64,000 nt of DNA from Azolla caroliniana. Taxonomy: Eukaryota; Plantae; Polypodiophyta. Where the stretch lies: contig JBHGNT010000004.1 of assembly GCA_043228905.1 (NCBI GenBank), positions 5,580,001-5,644,000 of the forward strand, read 5' to 3'. The notes under the pieces are model-generated. The model was not told where the DNA came from. It did not search any database and saw only the letters and a program-made list of their open reading frames with translations. The position numbers and the translations under genes are program-made. Below, one piece after another: positions 12,787-24,123 of this stretch (position 1 is its first letter; each line of letters begins with the position of its first letter).

Positions 12787-15700
12787 TGTTGGGATTACGG
12801 TCCCTTCGGATGGGATGGTCGGATGTCGGAGATGAATGCCGACGAGCCCGGTTTCGGTTTCGGAACCGGATGATGAAGACCCCGGCTTCGGAACCGGATG
12901 ACGAATGTACCCGGAGGGAGATCCGGATGCGGGGACATATCCGTGAATATGTTTGCTAAGGGCCCTTGAGGCTATAGTTGTAAATAGCCCCAAAGTCATA
13001 TGTGTATAAATATGACTTAGGGCAAACAGTTTTTATGTTGCTTCTTATTTTTCTGTTTTTCCACTCAAGAGGAGTGAAGAGAGAGCAGCCGTGAGAGAGA
13101 TAGAGCGTGAGAGAGGAAGAGGTCGACGCCTCTGTGTATTTCCGCCGCCTGTGGCGAGGACAGCAAGCTCAAGGTCGTCGCCTTGCAGCTCGCCATTGTA
13201 TAATTCTCTGTGCATAGTTTTGGTTCGGAGTTTTGTACTCCCGTGGTTTTTTTTCCCGTACAGGGTTTTCCACGTTAAATCGTGTGTCCACTGCATTTCC
13301 CATTTTCTGCAACAACGATTCGTGTGTTTTCCTTGGTTGTGGCCGAGAGGTGAAGTTTGGAAAGTTTCGATTATTTCCATCAATTTGGTATCAGAGCGAA
13401 CTGCTGCAGAAAATGGAAGGCGGCGGCAGCCGGCAGCCGGGGATGATGGTGCTGAATGCGCAGAATTACGTCGACTGGAAGATCAAGATGGAGGATCTTC
13501 TGATTGTTCGGGACCTGTACGAACCGATTGACAGGTCGGAAATACCGAAGGGAGTACTTGAGTCGGAATGGAGGCTTCTGAACCGGAAAGCCGTTGCAAC
13601 CATTCGGCAATACGTAGACGTGAGCGTTCTACAACATGTGGCGAACGACACCAACGCATATGAGATGTGGCGGAAGCTGTCGGGCCTCTACGAGAGGAAG
13701 AATGCGTTGAACCGGACCTCCCTGATGAGGAAGATAGTGAACCTCAAGTACCGGGACGGCGAGAGTATGGTGGAACACGTAAGCACGTTCATGGGATTCG
13801 TGAACCAGCTTGCGGCGATCAAGTTCCCGCTGGAGGATCCAATGCAAGCCATCATTCTGATGTGTACATTGCCGGAAAGCTGGGAGAACTTGGTGGTGAC
13901 TCTCAGCACCTCCTGCACCGAAGATAACTTGTCCCTACAAACGGTAAAGACAAGTATTTTGAACGAAGAAGCGCGTCGGAGAGATAAAGAACCGGCCTCC
14001 GACTCGAAGGCGCTGCTTACCGAATCGGAACGGGGAAGACAATGGAACCGGAGTCCGCAAAGATGGGAGAAGTCGGGGACCCGGTCGCAGTCAAGAGGAA
14101 GACCCACATGCTTCCACTGTGGGAAGCCGGGGCACTTCCGAAAGAATTGTCGGCATTACCGAAAAGACAACGGAGCCGACGACACCAATTCGAAGAAGTC
14201 TTCGGAACGGAACGGTGCTTACCGGGGAGCCACGAACCGAAATGGTTCGGATTGGCGAGGGCAGGACCGGAAAGGAACGACGGCACTCGCGGCAAGTGAA
14301 GAGGAGATCATGCTCATCACCGAAGAAGGTGAACTAAACATTGCCGGCGATGAGACTACCTGGGTGGTCGATTCCGGAGCGTCGTTCCACCTGACCCCGG
14401 AAAGAAGATACTTCTCATCCTACACAGCCGGTGAGCATGGCTGTGTTCGGATGGGAAATGAAGGTACGTGCCGGATTGCCGGCATAGGAGACGTGTGGTT
14501 GACAACCCCGACCGGATGCAAAATGCTGCTGAAGGATGTCCGACACGTTCCGGAGGTTCGATTGAACCTGATTTCGGCCGGGAGGCTAGACGATGAAGGC
14601 TACACAGGTAGCATCCGGAACGGCGTAATGAAGTTCAGCAAGGGGAGCCTGATAGTGGCTCGGGCCCGGAAAGTCAACACACTGTACCTTATGAATGCCT
14701 GGTTGTGTCCGGAGGAATTGAACGTGGCAGCCGACACTGCCGGTGAGCTGTGGCACAAGAGATTGTGCCACATGAGTGAGAAGGGGATGAAGAGGCTTGC
14801 AGAAGACAACCTTATTCCAGTGAAGCATGTGCACCTGGAGAAGTGCACCGATTGCCTGGCCGGTAAGCAGAACCGAACCTCCTTCCACTCAAGGCCACCG
14901 ACGAGACGTAGCGCACCATTGGATTTGGTGCATACTGATGGTGTCAGGTAGAAACGAAGTCACATGGCGGAGCCCAGTACTTCGTGACATTCATTGATGA
15001 TCACAGCCGGAAGCTGTGGACGGCACCGTTGAAGACAAAGGACCAAGTGTTGTCCGTCTTCAAAGAACTCCACGCGAGAGTGGAAAGGGAATCCGGCAAG
15101 AAGTTGAAAGCGATACGAGCGGATAACGGAGGGGAATACCGGGGGCAGTTCGCGGAGTACTGTCGCTCGAAGGGAATCCGGCTCGAGTTTACTGTGCCGA
15201 AGACGCCGGAACTGAACGGGCTGGCCGAGAGGATGAACCGGACCATAATGGAGAGGGTCCGGAGTATGCTGGCGCATGCGGAATTACCCAAGGGGTTTTG
15301 GGCTGAGGCGATGTCGACGGCGACATACGTGATAAACAGATCACCCTCAGTACCTTTGGACGGAGACACGCCGCAGAAAGTGTGGACCGGTAAGGAAGTG
15401 TCCTACCGGCATCTGAAGGTGTTCGGGTGTCTCGCATACGTGCATGTGGCAAAGGACCGGAGAGGAAAGTTAGATCCAAAGACCCGGCCATGCATATTCC
15501 TCGGTTACGGCGACGACGAGTTCGGCTACCGAGTATGGGACCCGGTCAACAAGAAGATATTCAGGAGTCGTGATATCATCTTCATGGAGGACAAGACACT
15601 CGCCGACTGGGAGTCGGAGAAGAAGATGAAGAGCTCCAAGTCGACCGGTGAGGATAAACTCTACGAGGAGCAGTCCCGACCGGCAAGGGACCGGTTAACA

Positions 15701-18091
15701 CTCGAAGATCCGGCCGAAGACGGTGAAGAAACAGAACCGGCCGAAGAAGATGAAAATGATACCGGAACCGGCCCCGATCCCGAAATGGATTCGGATGAAG
15801 AAGAATCGGAAGAACCGGTTACCGAAGCTCCGGAACGGAGATATCCTCTAAGAGAGAGAAGGGCCCCCCGGAGATTTCCGGAACCAGAGCACGTGCTGCT
15901 AACCGACGAGGGGGAGCCGGAGAGCTTTGAAGAAGCAAAGCATGACACCCAGAGCCGCAGGTGGTTGAGTGCCATGCAGGACGAGATGGATTCCCTGCAT
16001 GAGAACCACACATATGAACTTGTGGAGTTGCCGAAAGGAAAGCGGGCACTTCGAAACAAGTGGGTGTTCAAGCTGAAACCGGGAGATGCCGGAAACCCCC
16101 CGAGATACAAAGCCAGGATCGTGGTGAAGGGGTTTCAGCAGAAGAAGGGCGTCGACTTCGACGAGATATTTGCCCCGGTAGTGAAGATGACCTCCATCCG
16201 AACGGTGCTGAGCATAGCGGCAAGCATGGACCTCGAGGTAGAACAGATGGACGTGAAGACGGCATTCCTTCACGGTGACCTCGAAGAAGAGATCTACATG
16301 CAGCAACCGGAAGGATTCGAGAAGAAAGGGAAGGAGCACCTGGTATGCCGGTTGAAGAAGAGCCTTTACGGACTGAAGCAGGCTCCCCGGCAATGGTACC
16401 GGAAGTTCGACTCTTTCATGACCGACGAAGGGTACCTCAAAACGCAGTCCGACCACTGCGTGTTTGTGAAGAAGTTCGAAGGAGGAGACTTTCTAATACT
16501 CCTCCTGTACGTGGACGACATGTTGATCGTCGGACGGGACCAGGTCAAGATACGGATGCTGAAGAAGGCTCTTCACCGAACCTTCTCAATGAAGGACCTG
16601 GGTCCGGCGAGGCAAATACTAGGGATGCACATCATCCGGGACCGGAAGAAGAAGCAGTTGTGGCTGTCACAGGAGAAGTACGTGACAAAGGTGCTTAATC
16701 GGTTCAACATGTCGGAAGCAAGACCGGTCGGGTCAACACTCCCGGCAAACTGCAAGCTGTCCAGCAAGCAGAGCCCCAAGACAAAGGCTGAGAAGGAGGA
16801 CATGATGAAAGTACCATATGCCTCTGCCGTCGGGAGCTTGATGTACGCAATGGTGTGTACCCGACCGGACATCGGATATGCAGTCGGAGTGGTGAGCCGG
16901 TACATGAGCAATCCCGGCAAAGAACACTGGAACGCGGCCAAGTGGATACTCCGATACCTGAAGGGCACGGCAAACGTGTGCCTCCGATTCGGCTCCGGTA
17001 AACCCGAACTCGACGGCTTCACCGATTCGGATATGTCGGCTGATGCAGATACCAGCCGGTCCACATCAGGGTATGTGATGACGTATGCAGGGGGAGCTGT
17101 TTCGTGGCAGTCGAGGCTGCAGAAGACGGTTGCATTGTCAACCACGGAGGCGGAGTACATGGCGGCTGTTGAAGCCGGCAAGGAAATAATATGGATGAAG
17201 GACTTCATTAGAGAGCTCGGTATCCGGCAGGAGGAGTACCGACTCTACTGCGACAGTCAGAGTGCAATCCACCTTGCGAAGAACGCGGCCTATCACTCCC
17301 GGACGAAGCACATCCAGCGAAGATATCACTGGATCCGGGAAAGGATAGAAGACAAGGAGTTCGTGCTGACGAAGGTCCACACGGACGAGAACGGGTCGGA
17401 TATGCTGACCAAGGTGCTCACACCCGACAAGCTGGAAGCATGCCGGAAGAGGATCGGATTGGAAAGACATCCCATGCCGAAGTGAAGGGGGAGTTTGTTG
17501 GGATTACGGTCCCTTCGGATGGGATGGTCGGATGTCGGAGATGAATGCCGACGAGCCCGGTTTCGGTTTCGGAACCGGATGATGAAGACCCCGGCTTCGG
17601 AACCGGATGACGAATGTACCCGGAGGGAGATCCGGATGCAGGGACATATCCGTGAATATGTTTGCTAAGGGCCCTTGAGGCTATAGTTGTAAATAGCCCC
17701 AAAGTCATATGTGTATAAATATGACTTAGGGCAAACAGTTTTTATGTTGCTTCTTATTTTTCTGTTTTTCCACTCAAGAGGAGTGAAGAGAGAGCAGCCG
17801 TGAGAGAGATAGAGCGTGAGAGAGGAAGAGGTCGACGCCTCTGTGTATTTCCGCCGCCTGTGGCGAGGACAGCGAGCTCAAGGTCGTCGCCTTGCAGCTC
17901 GCCATTGTATAATTCTCTGTGCATAGTTTTGGTTCGGAGTTTTGTACTCCCGTGGTTTTTTTTCCCGTACAGGGTTTTCCACGTTAAATCGTGTGTCCAC
18001 TGCATTTCCCATTTTCTGCAACAACGATTCGTGTGTTTTCCTTGGTTGTGGCCGAGAGGTGAAGTTTGGAAAGTTTCGATTATTTCCATCA
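12787..18091 (+). mobile_element. Full-length young Ty1/copia (Tork/Tto1-like)
   Basis: TSD CGTAG at 12782-12786 and 18092-18096. LTRs 12787-13382 and 17496-18091 (596 bp, two differences seen). PBS TGGTATCAGAGC 13386-13397; PPT GAAGGGGGAG 17484-17493. Confidence 0.98.
13413..17485 (+). pseudogene. copia gag-pol polyprotein with a single 1-nt deletion frameshift at ~14940
   Basis: CFHCGKPGHFRKNC, DSGAS, HTD(V)C, DNGGEY, YVDDML, DSDMS and DMLTK. The sequence reads GAT G-G TGT here versus GAC GTG TGT in the paralog at ~593-601. Confidence 0.93.
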
Positions 18092-18658
18092 CGTAGTAAC
18101 GCGACATATTTGGTGAACCCGACGTGAAGGGCGGGAAGGGAGCATGGAGATTGAAGAAGACTTCGACTTCGAGGAGATGATGGCAAAGATCATGATGGAT
18201 GCGCGACGGAAAAAGGCGAGGCGAGATGAGGCTCAACAAGCCGTCAAGAGGGTGGTCAATCGAGTCAGCCGATTCAACGGGGACGATGTCCCGAGGTTCT
18301 TGGAAGCGTACGATGCCGAGATGGCGAAAGGGGGCGTAGACAAGGCGATGCGGCTAGAGCATTTTCCTCGAGTGGCGGCCATATCGGTGCACAAGGAGGT
18401 CAAGGAGCTACGAGAAGCTCATGAGTCGTGGGTGTCCTTTGAGGGAACCCTATTGGAGGCGTACGGGTACACGGAACCGGAAGGAAGAGGTCGACATGAG
18501 TTCGATCGGTGGGGGTGCCGGCAACATGATGCGAGGCGGTCGGCCACAACACGGCCCGCGAGTGGCGGAGAAGAGAGAGCGGTGAGTGGGTATGCACTAC
18601 CGCCAGAAGAGAGCTCAACGCAAAACGGTTCGGAGGAGCTCGACCTAGAGGTGCTAAT

Positions 18659-21600
18659 TGTTGGAAGACAAGGGGCCGTCAGTGCGGAAGATCAAGAAGC
18701 ATTCGATTGCTGTTGAGTACCTGCGTATAACAGAATTATAGATCGTGCACAGAGAGAGAGAGAGAGAGGCACAAAAGACTTCCTTATTCACAAAGCAATA
18801 ATACAACACCCAACCTTACAAAAAGGTTACAAGGTCACTATATATAGTGACCGACTTAGGGCAACTACCATTTATGCTAATTACACAAATGGCCCAAAGG
18901 GATAGTGTGAATACGTCCATTATACACTTGTATTCGACACTCCCCCGTAATGGGCGTATACATGGGTTATCTAAGATTACAGGTATAGACTTAGGTTCTC
19001 GGACATATCAGCTTTGTTCGAGTCGGCAGGGTCCGAAGGCAGAAGACCGAACTGGTCGGGTCGGAACAGTTGAAGCCGATCATTAAGGAACTGATGTCGG
19101 TTGTCGGGAACCATCCTGCGCTGTGTCCGGCTCTAACCGGACTGGTTTGTCGTTACGCCCATCTGATGCCGAAGAGACCGAAAGCGGTCTACCGAAAGAC
19201 ACTTGGTCATTCCATCTGCGACATTGTCAGTTGTAGATATTTTCTCTAGACCGATTTTCCCTGAAATGACGCAGTCCCGAACGAAGTGATATCGAACGTC
19301 GATATGTTTGGAGGCGTTGTGGTGAACCGGATTTCTCGACAAGGCAACAGCACCTTGACTGTCGCTATAGACAACTGGGGCCGAGTCATGGTCGACTTGT
19401 CGAAACGTGTGCGCCAGCCGACCGAGCCACAAGGCTTCTTTTGCTGCGTCGGACGCAGCTACATATTCTGCTTCGGTCGTTGAGGTCGCTGTGCACTCCT
19501 GAAGTTTCGACTTCCACGAGATTGCTCCATTGCCGAATTTGAAGCAGTATCCGGTTGTTGATTTCCGACTGTCTATACAGCCGGCGAAGTCCGAGTCGGT
19601 GTAACCGACTACGCCTGAGGTTCGGTTCGGACCGAAAAGAATGCCGTGGTCTTTTGTGCCAGCCAGATATCTGAACACATGCTTGACTGCGTTCCAATGC
19701 GATCGGCCAGGATTGTGCATAAATCTGCTGACGACTCCTACGGCGTGAGAAATATCAGGCCGTGTCGCGACCATCAGGTACATAAGGGAGCCGACTGCCG
19801 GTGCATACGGTACCGACTTCATATCTTCCCCCTCCGGACCAGATGTCGGGCAGTCTCGCTGAGAGAGCCGAAGATTCATGGGGAGCGGGGTTGAAGTAGA
19901 TTTGGCTGATTGCATGTTGAAGCGTTCCAAGACACGTCGGATATAGTCGGTCTGAGACAAAAAAAGATGTCGTTTATCGCGATGCCGACTAATCTTCATG
20001 CCGAGTATGTGTCGTGCCGGACCGAGGTCCTTCATGGCAAACTTCAACCGCAGTTGCCGAATGAGATCGGCAAGTTCGCCCGCGTGGCGTCCAGAAATTA
20101 GCATGTCGTCCACGTAAATGATGAGGAAGATGGGTGATCCATCTTGAGCTGTGTTGGTGAAGAGACAATGGTCCTCATCGCTTTTTGAGAAGCCGATCGA
20201 TTGGATGAAGTCGTCGAACTTCTTGTACCATTGTCGTGGTGCCTGTTTGAGGCCGTATAGACTCTTCCTGAGTCGGCAGACTAGATGTTCTTGGCCAGTT
20301 GCCACGAAGCCTTTTGGCTGCTCCATATAAATTTCCTCTTCAAGATCACCATGGAGGAATGCTGTTTTGACATCTAGCTGAATCAGTTCCAAGTTGTCGG
20401 CTGCCACTACGCCGAGTAGAAAACGAAGGGTTGTCATTTTCACCACTGGTGAAAAAATCTCGTCGAAGTCGACGCCATATTCTTGTCGGAAGCCCTTCGC
20501 AACTAATCTGGCCTTGTACTTTGGGGTGGTCGAATCAGACGTCTCTTTTAGTCGATAAACCCACTTGCAAGGAAGAGCACGTCGATTCTTAGGTAATTCG
20601 ACCAGATCCCAAGTCTTGTTTGCCCGAATGGAGTGCATTTCCGACTCCATCGCCAGATGCCAGGTGGCTGAATCGACAGATGTCGATGCTTCTTCGTAAG
20701 ACGTCGGTTCGCCGGCGTCGGTGAAGAAAATTCCAGGAGAATACCTCTCCGGAGGTTGCGACAGTCTCTCGGATCGTCGAGGTATGATTGGACTAGTCGC
20801 ATCGGGTATCGAGGTCGGATGGTCCGACAGCGGATTGTTCTGCTGTGCCGAGTCGGAGTTGTCCGAGTCGGTAGTGTAAGGTTCAGCTACCCGTGAAGCT
20901 GACCGTGTGTTGAGAGCGGGGCCTTCTTGAAGGGTCGGCACATCGGAAAATGTTACCCTTCGGACTTCGATCGGTTTTTCGACTGATGGATTCATAGCCG
21001 ACTCGTTGAACACAACGTCCGAACTTCGAACGATTTGTCTGCGTTCGGGGTCCCAGAGTCGGTATCCCATTTCGCCGTCGGATCCATATCCAAGGAAAAT
21101 GCATTTCCTGGACCGAGGTGCAAGTTTTCGGCGATCATCTTTCGGAATAAGGACGTACGCCTCGCATCCGAAGATCCTCAGCTTGTCGTAATTCGGCTTA
21201 CTGCCGATCCATAGTTCCTGAGGAATTTGAAGTCCTAGAGGTCTACTTGGCGACATATTGATTATGTGTACTGCCGTGAGTAGAGCCTCTGCCCAGAAGC
21301 CATCCGACAGTCCGGAGTGTTGGAGCATGGAAACTATCCGTTCTTGGATTGTCCGATTCATTCGCTCTGCAATCCCGTTTTGCTCCGGACTGTGTGGTGT
21401 CGTAAATTCACGTCGGATGCCGCGTTGTCGGCAGAATTTGACGAATTCTTCTGATTTGAACTCTCCCCCATTGTCGGTCCGAAAGCATTTCAGTTTTCGG
21501 TCGGTTTGATTTTCTACCATAGCGAGCCAATCGGAGAAGATCGAGAAGACCCGATCTTTGGTGCGAATCGGATATGCCCACACCTTTCGAGTCGAATCGT

Positions 21601-24123
21601 CAATAAAAGTGACGAAGTAAGAGGCACCGCCGAGAGACTGATGCGGCATTGGGCCACAGACGTCCGAGTGGACCAAATCGAGAGGTCTCGTTTCTCTTGG
21701 TGCTGATGTCGGGTGTGATGCGGCTGCTTGTTTGCCATACTGGCAATGCTCGCAGAATTGATGGTCGGAGAAGGAGAGTTTGGGGATGTATCCGGCTCTA
21801 GATAGATGCGTAATGCCGGCCTTGCTGAGGTGTCCTAATCTTCGGTGGCATAGGGATGACACAGGAATATCCACCAAAAACAGGTTACCCTCTCTGAGCG
21901 TAACATGTAACGGATACAGTGAGTGTATCTTGGGTCCTCTAGCAAGTAGGAGGTTCCCCCTGTGGAGTGTCCACCCTCCCGAAGAAAAACCGGCACGAAT
22001 GCCGTCTTCATCTAGTTGTCCGACTGAGATCAATGGCCTTGAGAGCTCGGGTACATGTCGGACATTGTGGAGTACAAGTGTAGAGCCACCTGCAAGGTTG
22101 AGCTCTACTGTGCCGATTCCGATGATGTCACAGTGTTGTGAGTTGCCGACTCGAACTGAGTCGGAGTGACGGATCGTATATTGCCGAAATTGGGATCGAT
22201 GAGGAGTCACGTGAAATGACGCGCCCGAATCTAAGAGCCATGTGCTCGACTCTTCAGTCGTGAGTAGGACTTTTGATTCGACTGGATTTTCGATTGATAG
22301 TATATTCGGGTCGTCTGGTAGCACATCAGCTGAGAAGCTGACGTAATTGATCTCCTCATGCCGGCCACTCTTCTTGTTGTTCTTGTTCTTGAGTGTGCGG
22401 CAGTCGGCTTTGATGTGTCCGGGTTTCTTGCAATAGTTGCAGATTCGGTTATCCCGTGACTGGCTCCGTCTTCGCTGATTGTTCGGCGGCCGTGAGGAAT
22501 CTCTTCCTCGTATGTTCGATCGGTCTGTCGAACCTTGTACTACATAAGCGTCGTCTGTTGAGTCTTTGGCGAAAGACTTTCTCCGAGCTGCTTCGGTCAG
22601 GATTGCGCTCGTGACTTCGGAGTATTTAACAGCCGTGGTTGACGCGTTGCACACGGTTGTGACGAAAGTTTCCCATGATGAGGGAAGGCTACTCATGAGT
22701 ATCATTGCTCTGAGTTCATCCTCGATTGCCGTCCCCTGTGACGAGATTTGGGAGCTTATGCTTTCGTACTCATTGAGGTGTGCTTGAACCGAGTCGGATT
22801 CTTTCATCCGCAAGTTGTAGAGGCGCCGGATCAGAAACATCTTCGTTGCGGCGACCTTCTTTTCGTAAGTGTCCGACAGTGTTTTCCACAGTTCGAATGT
22901 TGTCGTACACGATTGCACCGTAAAGTATACCGATTCCGATAGGTGCATCCGAATCGTGGCGCGGACGATTCTGTCCAACTTCTGCCACTCAATTGGTTTG
23001 TATCCTTCTGGAGGTTCTTCATTTTCGATGGGATCGATTTGCCCCTTGACTATGAGATAGTCTTGCATTTGCTCCTTCCAGAAGTTGAAGTTCGATCCAT
23101 CGAACTTTCGTAGACTCATTTCTGACGAGCCGGATGTTGATGCCATCAAATTTGGTTTCGGTTGACGAAGCTCGGTTCGGAGTTGACTACGAACCTTGTT
23201 GGAGTACAGCCGGTTGGCTCACCCGATATCGTTCTAGTCGGATTTGAACCCGAGTCGGTTCGGCTTCGGATATATGTATTGTTGAACTTGCTCGAATTGA
23301 CTCCGGTAACTTGAGGGACAGAACCGACTGGTCTTCCCGAATGTTGCCGAGTCGGAGTGAGCCCGGTTCGCTTCGGATATATATGCCGAATACCGATTAT
23401 TGAAACCGATTATCTGGACCGATTTTGCTTCGGTTGACTGCAGCAACGAGAGAGACGGATCCAACTGATCCTCCCGAATGTCGATCAGCCAGATGAAGCA
23501 CGAATTTGGGGTTGTTGTCTTGAGACCGATCTGCACCGAGTGGTTACAACGAGCGGCGAGCAGCGTTCAATGACCTTTTCGGATGCCGTTTAACCGAGTG
23601 GAGCACGATCGTGTCAATGTTGCACAAGAGGATTTCACCTCGAGCGTTGCGATCACAAGGAGCGGAGTACAACCGGCTGGCTTACTCCAAGCGAAGATGA
23701 TCTGACGCGAAGAGATGCAGGCCTCGTTTCTCTTCTTCTTCTCTCTTCTTCGAATGACGCAGGAAACCGAATGCTGTGCAGGCTGAGACGACTGCCGACA
23801 GCAGATTGAAGGACCGACTACTGTGCAGGCTCTGATACCAGATGTTGGAAGACAAGGGGCCGTCAGTGCGGAAGATCAAGAAGCATTCGATTGCTGTTGA
23901 GTACCTGCGTATAACAGAATTATAGATCGTGCACAGAGAGAGAGAGAGAGAGGCACAAAAGACTTCCTTATTCACAAAGCAATAATACAACACCCAACCT
24001 TACAAAAAGGTTACAAGGTCACTATATATAGTGACCGACTTAGGGCAACTACCATTTATGCTAATTACACAAATGGCCCAAAGGGATAGTGTGAATACGT
24101 CCATTATACACTTGTATTCGACA
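18659..24123 (-). mobile_element. Full-length Ty1/copia with apparently identical LTRs and an open polyprotein ORF
   Basis: TSD CTAAT at 18654-18658 and 24124-24128. LTRs 23843-24123 and 18659-18939 (281 bp, no difference seen). PBS TGGTATCAGAGC on the minus strand at 23829-23840; PPT GGGGGAG at 18940-18946. Confidence 0.98.
19133..23146 (-). CDS. Ty1/copia (Tork/Tnt1-like) gag-pol polyprotein, ~1337 aa
   Basis: Uninterrupted ORF with CNYCKKPGHIKADC, WLLDSGASFH, VHSDVCGP, RTDNGGEF, IAERMN, IIYVDDML, GYTDSDFAG and VADGMTK. Confidence 0.96.
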   Translation of the reverse strand: MASTSGSSEMSLRKFDGSNFNFWKEQMQDYLIVKGQIDPIENEEPPEGYKPIEWQKLDRIVRATIRMHLSESVYFTVQSCTTTFELWKTLSDTYEKKVAATKMFLIRRLYNLRMKESDSVQAHLNEYESISSQISSQGTAIEDELRAMILMSSLPSSWETFVTTVCNASTTAVKYSEVTSAILTEAARRKSFAKDSTDDAYVVQGSTDRSNIRGRDSSRPPNNQRRRSQSRDNRICNYCKKPGHIKADCRTLKNKNNKKSGRHEEINYVSFSADVLPDDPNILSIENPVESKVLLTTEESSTWLLDSGASFHVTPHRSQFRQYTIRHSDSVRVGNSQHCDIIGIGTVELNLAGGSTLVLHNVRHVPELSRPLISVGQLDEDGIRAGFSSGGWTLHRGNLLLARGPKIHSLYPLHVTLREGNLFLVDIPVSSLCHRRLGHLSKAGITHLSRAGYIPKLSFSDHQFCEHCQYGKQAAASHPTSAPRETRPLDLVHSDVCGPMPHQSLGGASYFVTFIDDSTRKVWAYPIRTKDRVFSIFSDWLAMVENQTDRKLKCFRTDNGGEFKSEEFVKFCRQRGIRREFTTPHSPEQNGIAERMNRTIQERIVSMLQHSGLSDGFWAEALLTAVHIINMSPSRPLGLQIPQELWIGSKPNYDKLRIFGCEAYVLIPKDDRRKLAPRSRKCIFLGYGSDGEMGYRLWDPERRQIVRSSDVVFNESAMNPSVEKPIEVRRVTFSDVPTLQEGPALNTRSASRVAEPYTTDSDNSDSAQQNNPLSDHPTSIPDATSPIIPRRSERLSQPPERYSPGIFFTDAGEPTSYEEASTSVDSATWHLAMESEMHSIRANKTWDLVELPKNRRALPCKWVYRLKETSDSTTPKYKARLVAKGFRQEYGVDFDEIFSPVVKMTTLRFLLGVVAADNLELIQLDVKTAFLHGDLEEEIYMEQPKGFVATGQEHLVCRLRKSLYGLKQAPRQWYKKFDDFIQSIGFSKSDEDHCLFTNTAQDGSPIFLIIYVDDMLISGRHAGELADLIRQLRLKFAMKDLGPARHILGMKISRHRDKRHLFLSQTDYIRRVLERFNMQSAKSTSTPLPMNLRLSQRDCPTSGPEGEDMKSVPYAPAVGSLMYLMVATRPDISHAVGVVSRFMHNPGRSHWNAVKHVFRYLAGTKDHGILFGPNRTSGVVGYTDSDFAGCIDSRKSTTGYCFKFGNGAISWKSKLQECTATSTTEAEYVAASDAAKEALWLGRLAHTFRQVDHDSAPVVYSDSQGAVALSRNPVHHNASKHIDVRYHFVRDCVISGKIGLEKISTTDNVADGMTKCLSVDRFRSLRHQMGVTTNQSG

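Noticed and set aside
14930-14990. Programmed gag-pol frameshift
   Set aside because: It lies inside the integrase, has no slippery heptamer, and the paralog is in frame at this site.
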